From Acholeplasmataceae bacterium (lineage in GTDB: Bacteria; Bacillota_I; Bacilli_A; Acholeplasmatales; Acholeplasmataceae): a stretch of 64,000 bases of DNA. The notes beneath the pieces are model-generated. The model was not told the DNA's origin. It ran no database searches and worked only from the letters and a program-made list of their open reading frames with translations. The stretch covers positions 186,079 through 250,078 of the forward strand of contig JBMNNE010000001.1 of assembly GCA_050953805.1 (NCBI GenBank), given 5' to 3'. Both the position numbers and the translations under genes were made by a program. Shown piece after piece: positions 9,811 to 17,977 of the stretch (position 1 is the stretch's first letter; every line of letters begins with the position of its first letter).

Positions 9811-11099
9811 CTTAATAAATCTTTATTTACCTTAATAATAATTGGATCTTTAGAAAAACTTAATTGTCCGCCTTTAACTTTTATCATTGAATTATCAATT
9901 AAACTAGGATAAATACCATCTTTTAAATGAGCATTAATTTTATTTGACGTTCCTAAATTAAAGTATCCAATCATGCAATTATTTTTATCTTCATATTTTA
10001 AAACTGCCGCTTTTTTAGTTTCTAAGAAAAATAAATTACCACTAGTAATCAATTCATCTTCATGAATAGCTTTTAACCGACGAATCGTTTTTGAAATATC
10101 TAAACCTGTTTCATAATTAATGGGATCATACTCAAATAAACTAGGGCGGTTAATGTTTAAAAACTCTTGTCCAGCATAGACAAATGGCATTCCTCTTAAG
10201 AAAAAACTTAATGCTGTTAAGTTCATTAATTTATGAAAATCACTCACATAACTAGCTATTCTTTCGCGATCATGGTTTTCTAAATGTCTTATTTTAAGAT
10301 AATTTTTCGGATAAATCATTTCTTGCCTTTCAACTTCATAGAGCCATCTTTCTAAAGAGCCCTCCCCAGTTAAATAAGCGTGGAAATATTTGTCAATATC
10401 ATAGTCATAACAAGCATCAAATACTTGATACATTTCACTATCACTATATGCGTCAAACCCTAGATCTCTAATATGTTTAACAAAACTAGGGTGAATTGAT
10501 TCGGTTAACCAAAATAAATTAGGATTTACTTTATTGACCGCTGTTTTCGCTTCCTCCCAAAATTCAAGTGGCACTAACGGTGCTACATCGCAACGAAATC
10601 CATCAACTAATTTTGCCCAATACACTAAAACATCAATGAAATAATCCCATACTTCTCTTTTAGAATAATCTAAATCGGTAATATCAGTCCAATCTCCAAC
10701 GCGATTTTTAAAAGTACCATCTTCCCTACGGTAAAACCAATCTGGATGTTTTTTCGTTAACACTGAATCTCTAGAAGTATGGTTAATAACGATATCAATC
10801 ATTACTAACATATCTAATTTATGGGCTTCAGCAATTAATTTTTTAAAATCTTCTAAAGTTCCATATTCAGAATTGATTTGATAATAGTCTAAAATTGAAT
10901 AAGGACTACCAACTTCCCCTTTTCTTTCTTTTAATCCAATTGGGTGAATTGGTAATAAATAAATAATATCGGTTCCTAGTTGTTTAATTCGTGGTAAATC
11001 ACGAATTACTCCTTGAAAATTTCGTGTTTTTGAGTGTTGTCTAGGAAAAATTTGATATATCATTTTTTTACGCCAATTAATATTCGTATTTCTTGCCAT
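9807..11099 (-). CDS. cytoplasmic GH13 alpha-amylase-family glycosidase
   Basis: 430 aa. GH13 regions DIVINHTS, DGFRCDVAP, WLTESIH, HLENHDRER. A 4-nt overlap with the pulA start suggests translational coupling. Confidence 0.8.
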   Translation of the reverse strand: MARNTNINWRKKMIYQIFPRQHSKTRNFQGVIRDLPRIKQLGTDIIYLLPIHPIGLKERKGEVGSPYSILDYYQINSEYGTLEDFKKLIAEAHKLDMLVMIDIVINHTSRDSVLTKKHPDWFYRREDGTFKNRVGDWTDITDLDYSKREVWDYFIDVLVYWAKLVDGFRCDVAPLVPLEFWEEAKTAVNKVNPNLFWLTESIHPSFVKHIRDLGFDAYSDSEMYQVFDACYDYDIDKYFHAYLTGEGSLERWLYEVERQEMIYPKNYLKIRHLENHDRERIASYVSDFHKLMNLTALSFFLRGMPFVYAGQEFLNINRPSLFEYDPINYETGLDISKTIRRLKAIHEDELITSGNLFFLETKKAAVLKYEDKNNCMIGYFNLGTSNKINAHLKDGIYPSLIDNSMIKVKGGQLSFSKDPIIIKVNKDLLR

Positions 11100-11125
11100 A
11101 ACTTCACTTCCTTACATATAATATT

Positions 11126-11145
11126 ATACCTTATTAATAAGGTAT
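11126..11145. promoter_or_regulatory. perfect 20-bp palindrome filling the spacer of a TGGAAA-17-TATAAT promoter of the amylase-pulA operon
   Basis: ATACCTTATTAATAAGGTAT is its own reverse complement. On the minus strand it lies between TGGAAA and TATAAT, upstream of RBS AAGGAAGTGA and ATG 11099. Confidence 0.45.
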
Positions 11146-11171
11146 TTTCCATTTATCCGTTCATAAAAGAC

Positions 11172-11203
11172 AAATACCGCTAAAGGTCAATTTAGCGGTA
11201 TTT
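11172..11203 (-). terminator. intrinsic terminator after malG
   Basis: 13-bp stem AAATACCGCTAAA / TTTAGCGGTATTT with loop ggtcaa. A T-rich tract follows on the minus strand. Confidence 0.7.
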
Positions 11204-11227
11204 GATAATTTAATTTTAAAACAAATT

Positions 11228-14068
11228 TTAACCTTTAGTAGCTCCAGCCATAATACCTTCGATAAGATATTTTTGGAAAAACATATAAAGTAAGGTAATT
11301 GGAACACCTACAATTAATGCCCCAGCGGCAAAAGCTGAATAGTGTAGAGTATTTGGGTCATTAATTAATTTAAATAATCCTACCGCTAATGTCCATTGTT
11401 CAGTAATATCGTGATCAATTGGCGCTCCAGGTCGCGGAATATTTAATAAATATCCTGGTAACATATAATCCATCCATGGAGCCATGAACATATTAACAGC
11501 AACAAATGTTAAAATTGGTACCGCTAGTGGCATAATAATTCTAAAGAAAATTTGTAGTTTATTAGCCCCATCAATCATCGCCGATTCATCAAGATCTCGT
11601 GGAATTTGATCCATAAATCCTTTAATCAACCAAACATTACCTGGAATTCCTCCACCAATATATAAAATGGTTAAGGCTAGTGGTTGACCAAGTAAACCGA
11701 ATTTCCAAAATAAGACATACATCGCAATTAATCCCATAAATGATGGGAATGATTGTAAGACTAAAATTGTCATTAGTCCAGCCTTCTTACCTTTGAAGTT
11801 AAATCTTGCAAAGACATATGAAGCTCCAGTAATTAAAACCGTTCCAATTAACATGTTAATCATCGCAATCATAAAGGTATTGGACCACCAAGTCTTAAAC
11901 CTAGTTTCATTAAATAAATAATTAAATGATTCCCAAGTTGGATTTTCTGGCCAAATGCGGCTTGGAATATCGGTCTTTAAATTTGAGAGTGCCATTCCGA
12001 AAATATAAATAATTGGCACAATAACCACCGTCGCAATAATTACAATTTCAGCGTAAATTAATAATTTAGCAAAAACTTCTGATGGTTTATAAACTTGTTT
12101 AATACCTGATTTGGAAATATTTCTTCGTTTTGGTTTTTTATAAAAATAGAACCAACCACCAATTGGAATTAAAGAAATTAATGACGGAATTAAGCCCTCA
12201 TAGCCCTTCTTTGATGCATAATCAGCGGTCATCGCTTGAGAAACGAAGAAAACGACAATCGCAATAAAGATTAGAATAACTCTTGTTACTACGACGCTTG
12301 ATTGCGATAGTCTACTTTCGCTATCTAACTCATCTTTATAGGCACGCATTAAATAAGTTCCATAATCATTTGCGTCAGTTTGAGCTAGTAATTGACCAAG
12401 TAAATCGTGGTTTTCTTTACTTGGATTATTTTCATTAGTTGTTTGTAATTCATTTAATCTGATTAAAGTATTTTTTTCAATTAGATTAATTAATTGTCGT
12501 TTTAATTGAATTTCATTTGATAGGGCTGTATCATTACTTAATTTTTTAGCTTCGCTAATTAATGTAATTAACGGATGATCTCCTTCGCCATCGTATGCAA
12601 GTGGTATTTCTAAAATTTCATCTGAAAGATTAATCACTTGATTAACAAAATCATATATTTTGAATTGATTATTAAACCATTTAACATTTTGGGTAATTGT
12701 TAATTTTTGACCATCAGTTTTGACTGCGATAATATCATCGTTAAATTGAGTGAAATTAACGATATTATTTTTGGTTGCATTTAAGTTAGCAAATTTTTCT
12801 TCTAAACTTAAGACAATTCTATATTCATTAAGAATTTCGTTATTAGCGATTCTAACTGCGTTATTAGTAATTTGGTTATTTGCAAATTGAGCTTTATTAA
12901 TATGGTCTTGAGTAACTTCTTTTGAAAGAATTAAGATTTTTAACTTAGCTAATAATTCTGGCTTTGTATCTTCGTTAAAATTATTAATTAAATGATTTAA
13001 TATCGCTAGATCACTATCAGTTAAGATATCAGCAGTTTTGAAACCGTCTATTTTTGAAGTAATATAGACAAATCCTTTATCAGTTAACTCATTGAATAAT
13101 CTAGTTTGATTAGTATTATATAAAACTTCTAAGCCAGCGATGTCTTCAGCTAATATAGTTTTATTAGTTGCATTTGACCTAACGATAGTTTCTAACTCAG
13201 CTTGTGTCACATTATTTAAATTTAATAAATCAAGATTATCTAAATATTTTTTAACACTTTCAAGTTTAGCTTCTAAATTGTATTTAGACGCTAAGGTATC
13301 CGGAAGTGCTTCAACTAAAGTTTTTGCTTCATCATAATTAGCTAAAGTTTTGTTATTAACTAAATCGCGAACTTTATCACCTACGGCTAAATGCTCTTGA
13401 ACTTCATTTATTGTAGTTTTATAAGTCGTTACATATTGATTATGAGCTGGAAGAGCATTTAACTTTGTCATTAACTGATTGTATGAAGCTGTAGTTGGAA
13501 AATCTAAAAATATTGTCACTAAATTATCGGCTTCTCTAATTTTTTCTTGAATTAAGTAACGATCCTTTAAGTTTTGATAATTTTCATAAGTTGGATCAAT
13601 TAGTTCTAGTGCTTCTCCGGCATTATTATAATTGGTTAAATTGTTTCTAGTTTCTAGTAGCAATATTTTATTTAATGCATCTTGATATTTCATTCGATCT
13701 ATTGATTTTTGAGAAATCAAATGAAGTTCATAAGTTTGTTCTTTAATGTAATCACCAACACTAAAAGTTGCAGTTAAAACAACCGTTTCATCATCAGTTG
13801 GAAGTGTTACCTTTCCAGTAGTTGATACTAATAGTGGTTTGCTTGATGCCCATTCAACTTTAGCTCCTTGATAAGTTTCATGTAAGATGATGTCATTAGT
13901 TACATAATCATAGTCATTATCCCCTTGGAAAGTAATTCGATATTCTTTGGCAATTCCTCTTAGGAAATATACATCATCTGATTTTTTTACACAACCAGAA
14001 AGAAGTGTGACTCCAAACAGAATTAGAATAGCCAAAATAATTTTAATGGTGGATTGATATCTTTTCAT
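11228..14068 (-). CDS. malG: maltodextrin ABC permease (MalG-type) fused to a ~600-aa N-terminal extracytoplasmic lipoprotein-like domain
   Basis: 946 aa. Signal peptide plus lipobox (LLSGC), then a long Asn/Leu-rich extracellular region. The C-terminal ~300 aa is a MalG-like 6-TM core with EAA loop ESAMIDGANKLQIFFRIIMPLAVP. Confidence 0.8.
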   Translation of the reverse strand: MKRYQSTIKIILAILILFGVTLLSGCVKKSDDVYFLRGIAKEYRITFQGDNDYDYVTNDIILHETYQGAKVEWASSKPLLVSTTGKVTLPTDDETVVLTATFSVGDYIKEQTYELHLISQKSIDRMKYQDALNKILLLETRNNLTNYNNAGEALELIDPTYENYQNLKDRYLIQEKIREADNLVTIFLDFPTTASYNQLMTKLNALPAHNQYVTTYKTTINEVQEHLAVGDKVRDLVNNKTLANYDEAKTLVEALPDTLASKYNLEAKLESVKKYLDNLDLLNLNNVTQAELETIVRSNATNKTILAEDIAGLEVLYNTNQTRLFNELTDKGFVYITSKIDGFKTADILTDSDLAILNHLINNFNEDTKPELLAKLKILILSKEVTQDHINKAQFANNQITNNAVRIANNEILNEYRIVLSLEEKFANLNATKNNIVNFTQFNDDIIAVKTDGQKLTITQNVKWFNNQFKIYDFVNQVINLSDEILEIPLAYDGEGDHPLITLISEAKKLSNDTALSNEIQLKRQLINLIEKNTLIRLNELQTTNENNPSKENHDLLGQLLAQTDANDYGTYLMRAYKDELDSESRLSQSSVVVTRVILIFIAIVVFFVSQAMTADYASKKGYEGLIPSLISLIPIGGWFYFYKKPKRRNISKSGIKQVYKPSEVFAKLLIYAEIVIIATVVIVPIIYIFGMALSNLKTDIPSRIWPENPTWESFNYLFNETRFKTWWSNTFMIAMINMLIGTVLITGASYVFARFNFKGKKAGLMTILVLQSFPSFMGLIAMYVLFWKFGLLGQPLALTILYIGGGIPGNVWLIKGFMDQIPRDLDESAMIDGANKLQIFFRIIMPLAVPILTFVAVNMFMAPWMDYMLPGYLLNIPRPGAPIDHDITEQWTLAVGLFKLINDPNTLHYSAFAAGALIVGVPITLLYMFFQKYLIEGIMAGATKG

Positions 14069-14070
14069 AA

Positions 14071-16533
14071 TTAATCCTCCTTGAAGGCTCTGGTTCGTGA
14101 TAAGTTCCAGGCCGTAATTGAACCAACAAAAATAAAGATTAGAACTGAGAATACCGAAGCAATGTTATAAATTGATCTGTCAACAGTTAATTTATACATC
14201 CACGAAATCAAGATATCGGTATCTCCAGCGAACCCCCTGGAGTAGTGATCTGCGTTAGGCCCTCCCCCAGTAATAAAGTAAATCACACCAAAGTTATTAA
14301 AGTTTCCTGAAAAGGTCATAATTAAAATTGGTGCGGTTGAATACAAGATCAGTGGCATGGTAATATGGCGTAACTTTTGCCATTTAGAAGCGCCATCAAT
14401 ATCAGCTGCTTCATATAATGACTTATCAATAGATGTCATAATACCGCTCATTAAAGCCATAAAGTATGGAAAACCCAACCAAATATTAACGATAATTAAT
14501 ACTACTTTAACGAATGTTGGATTAAATGGGTTAGTGAACCACTCAATGTTATCACGACCGATGTAGAAAAACTTTTCAACACCTTCTAACATACTATATT
14601 CTTGTCCGAGCCAGCCGAGTTTTATAAATAAGTCATATAATCCTACTTTTCTAAATACACTATTTATAAATCCGGTTTCGTTAAACATGACTGAGAAAAC
14701 CATTTGTGAGAGTAACGCCGGCATTGCCCATGGGAGAATTAAGATTGTTCTCCAAAATCTCTTAAATTGAACTCTTTCACTATTTAAAACTAAAGCTTGG
14801 AATAATCCACCAAAGAAGACAGTTCCAGTTGAGAAGATAGCCCAAACAATCGTCCATCTTAAAACTCTCCAGAAAGCTCGTCCAAATGAGGCTCCAAAAC
14901 CGTCAGCAAAATTAAATAAAGCGAAGAAATTTTTTAAACCAACATAATCGAAAGTATCGATCATTGATTGTTTTCCGGAAACTGAAGTAAAGGCTAGTAA
15001 GAATCCAAAGAGAATTGGCATAATTGAAATAAAGGCTAAAACAAATAATGCCGGTGATAAAATAATATATTCGAAGCTATTTTCATAAACTTCTTTAAAA
15101 TATTCAACACCGCTTTCTACTTCTTCATCGTTATATATCTTCTCACTAGTTCTATAAGCATCAACAATTGACCAAACCATAAAAATAAAGAAGAACAGTG
15201 ATAAAATCATTCCGATTAACCCTTCTAACAACACATGAGTGGAAACATGTCCTAACACTGGAGTTGATTCAACAACAGAAACAAATCTATCTCCTTCATG
15301 TAAAGTTAGGGCATCAGCAAATGCCATATAATCATTAAACTCAATTTTCTTTGTCGTACCAAGAGTAAAAACTCCCCAATAGCTTCTAGTAAAGAACCCA
15401 GCTTTATCGTAAAAGAAATTATCAAAATCACGTTCAAAAGCTTCCCTTTGTTCAGGATGCATTGCTAAATGAATTTTAATTAATAATTTAGTGTAGTCAT
15501 CTTCAGTATAGTTAGAGCCAATTTGTTTATAACTACGTGACATAAAACCGGCGAACACTTTAGTAAATGGAGTTTCTTCATAAGGTTTTCTTACCCCATT
15601 ATAAACTAGTCCTGGTTTTAAAAATTCATAAACTGTATCATTAATTAAATATAGTGGACCTTCATTATTTACTGCTACTGCGTTTTCTGGTAAAGTAAAT
15701 AATGGATCTTCTAAACTATTAAATAAATTCATATAAATTTCATCATTTGGATCACTAGTAAAATCGACTTTTAAAGATACATATAACTTACCATTAATAA
15801 TATAAGTTTTTCCGGTTTTTTCATATTTTGATAAACCAGCAACCGAAGTGATAATATTGAATTCATCTCCATATTGAACTGGTACACCAGTTTTAAAGTC
15901 AATTTCAATATAATCTTTAACATCGTTATCTTCTAAATCTTGGTAATTTCTTTCACGATAAAATAATTGATCAGCGTCACGATATAATACCTCTTTTAAA
16001 GCTAAATATTGTCTAGTTTCAACATAAGGATCGGACTCATCTGTTTTTAATTTTTGATATTCATTAGTGAAAATATTACGATACGAAATTGGATTTCGTT
16101 CTTTTAAATCATAAGCGATAAAATCAATTAATTCTTGTTCAGTGTTTAATTTATATATTTTATTGCCGCCTTGACCCTCAATTAAAAATCTTTCATCAAA
16201 ATCTTTAAATGAATCTGGTAGATTGTTATCATTATAATTTGATCGAGCGTCTTTATATGCAGTATCAATAAAATTCTTTAGAAAGAGACCTTGTTCATCT
16301 CTAACAAAATCTTGTCCTTTAATTTTATCGTACGGATTAGTCTTAACAAAATATTTGCTAGTTCCTAATTCAATTCCAATAAAACCAGCAAAAATAATAA
16401 AGAAAAACGCCGCCTTTAAGTATTGTTTGTTTAATAGTTGTCCTAACCCCCAAATAAAACCAGAAGCAATCGCTTTTAAAATACTTTTTTTCTGTTTGGG
16501 TGATGGAGTTGTCTTCATTTTTTGTGTTTTCAT
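14071..16533 (-). CDS. malF: maltodextrin ABC permease (MalF-type) with a ~370-aa extracytoplasmic insertion
   Basis: 820 aa. Two N-terminal TM helices, a large soluble insert (about residues 60-430), then a MalF-like core with EAA loop EAADIDGASKWQKLRHITMPLIL. Confidence 0.8.
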   Translation of the reverse strand: MKTQKMKTTPSPKQKKSILKAIASGFIWGLGQLLNKQYLKAAFFFIIFAGFIGIELGTSKYFVKTNPYDKIKGQDFVRDEQGLFLKNFIDTAYKDARSNYNDNNLPDSFKDFDERFLIEGQGGNKIYKLNTEQELIDFIAYDLKERNPISYRNIFTNEYQKLKTDESDPYVETRQYLALKEVLYRDADQLFYRERNYQDLEDNDVKDYIEIDFKTGVPVQYGDEFNIITSVAGLSKYEKTGKTYIINGKLYVSLKVDFTSDPNDEIYMNLFNSLEDPLFTLPENAVAVNNEGPLYLINDTVYEFLKPGLVYNGVRKPYEETPFTKVFAGFMSRSYKQIGSNYTEDDYTKLLIKIHLAMHPEQREAFERDFDNFFYDKAGFFTRSYWGVFTLGTTKKIEFNDYMAFADALTLHEGDRFVSVVESTPVLGHVSTHVLLEGLIGMILSLFFFIFMVWSIVDAYRTSEKIYNDEEVESGVEYFKEVYENSFEYIILSPALFVLAFISIMPILFGFLLAFTSVSGKQSMIDTFDYVGLKNFFALFNFADGFGASFGRAFWRVLRWTIVWAIFSTGTVFFGGLFQALVLNSERVQFKRFWRTILILPWAMPALLSQMVFSVMFNETGFINSVFRKVGLYDLFIKLGWLGQEYSMLEGVEKFFYIGRDNIEWFTNPFNPTFVKVVLIIVNIWLGFPYFMALMSGIMTSIDKSLYEAADIDGASKWQKLRHITMPLILYSTAPILIMTFSGNFNNFGVIYFITGGGPNADHYSRGFAGDTDILISWMYKLTVDRSIYNIASVFSVLIFIFVGSITAWNLSRTRAFKED

Positions 16534-16552
16534 ATTTTCACCTTTTAATTAG

Positions 16553-16589
16553 GTAATGGCGACGTCAAAAAAGTTGACATCGCCATTAC
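16553..16589 (-). promoter_or_regulatory. strong intercistronic stem-loop between malE and malF
   Basis: 16-bp stem with one mismatch (GTAATGGCGACGTCAA / TTGACATCGCCATTAC) and a 5-nt loop. No U-run follows, and the malF RBS AAAGGTGA comes right after it on the minus strand. Confidence 0.6.
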
Positions 16590-16616
16590 ATATTTTTATT
16601 TAATTTTATTTAAATC

Positions 16617-17966
16617 TTAATGACCAAGTTTGGCTAAAGATTCGTATGATTTTTGAGCTTCTTCTTGAGCTCTGTCCACAGCTGTACCTTTCCAGATTTC
16701 TCTAATCATAGCTTCACCTGGACCCCAATAGTGTTGAACTTCTGGAATCGTAGGCATTGGCACAGATGTTTCTAATTGTTTTGACATTGCCATTAGTAAT
16801 GCGTCAGCAGTTACTCCAGGAATATTAGATAATAATTCAGATTTTAATGCTGGTAATTTACCTTTATGTTTGTATAATAGTTCCATCGCTTTATCTGAGT
16901 TCATAAACTCAACAAAAGCAACAGCAGCTGGAATATTTCTTGAATATTTATAAACTGCAGTCATAATCGCACCAGCGAATGTTCTAGCTGGTTGACCATT
17001 AATTGATGGCATTGGCGCAACACCTAACTCAATAACATCTTTAGCAGCTGTATAAGCTTCAATATTCCAAGGACCAGCAATAATTAGAGGAATTTTACCT
17101 TCTTCAAAATGGTTTCCGAATCCTTTGGCATCTGTACTTGTTCCAGAAACAACAGGTTTTAATTCATCTCTAAACCAAGTTAATGCGTTAGTAACTGCAG
17201 TTGAATCTAATCCGACATTGTCTTTGTCATCTAGATCTTCACCAAATGGATAGAATCCAAATGCTGAGTAGAATCCTTGCATGAAATATGAGTCAGCAAA
17301 ATGGCTTGAAGTTGTGAAGTAACGATAACCATTTTCAGCATTAGTTAAAGTTGATCCTTCTGGTTTTTGAGCATTCCAGATTTTAGCTTTACTAATTAAA
17401 TCTTCCATTGTTTTTGGAACATCAGCTTCTTTAATTAGTTTTTTGTTGTAATATAGACCAACTGATTCAATTGAAGTTGGCATTGCAAATAGTCTAGTTT
17501 GAGCATTTGAACTAGGACCATATGTCTTAGTAGCATCATCATATTGAACTTGAGCAATTTGAGCTCCTAGTGGGTGCGATCTTTGTTCAACTAATTGTTT
17601 AGTACTTTGTGGTAAAGCATATAATAAGTCTTCTAAAATCGCAGGTGCTAAGTGGTCATGTGGAAATTGGAAAACGTCAGGTCCACCACCAGTAGGTCCA
17701 ACAACTTTTAATCTATCTCTAGATTCTACTGAACCTTCGTGACGGTGTCTTACAGTAATGTTTTTACCTGCTTCAGTTTTATTAAACTCAGCAATTAATT
17801 CTTTAGCATAGTCTCCTTTTTCATCGTCTAACCAAGCCCAAATTTCTACTTTTTTAGTTAAAACTTGTGAAAAGTCTACAACTTCTCCTTCTTTTTTAGC
17901 ACAAGCAGCAACTGTTACAGCAACAAGTACTGCTAAAATTAATAATAAATATTTTCTTACTCTCAT
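16617..17966 (-). CDS. malE: maltodextrin-binding lipoprotein (ABC substrate-binding protein, family 1)
   Basis: 449 aa. Lipobox VAACAKK. MalE-like length and motifs. Lies immediately upstream of malF/malG. Confidence 0.85.
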   Translation of the reverse strand: MRVRKYLLLILAVLVAVTVAACAKKEGEVVDFSQVLTKKVEIWAWLDDEKGDYAKELIAEFNKTEAGKNITVRHRHEGSVESRDRLKVVGPTGGGPDVFQFPHDHLAPAILEDLLYALPQSTKQLVEQRSHPLGAQIAQVQYDDATKTYGPSSNAQTRLFAMPTSIESVGLYYNKKLIKEADVPKTMEDLISKAKIWNAQKPEGSTLTNAENGYRYFTTSSHFADSYFMQGFYSAFGFYPFGEDLDDKDNVGLDSTAVTNALTWFRDELKPVVSGTSTDAKGFGNHFEEGKIPLIIAGPWNIEAYTAAKDVIELGVAPMPSINGQPARTFAGAIMTAVYKYSRNIPAAVAFVEFMNSDKAMELLYKHKGKLPALKSELLSNIPGVTADALLMAMSKQLETSVPMPTIPEVQHYWGPGEAMIREIWKGTAVDRAQEEAQKSYESLAKLGH

Positions 17967-17977
17967 TAGTCTTTACC

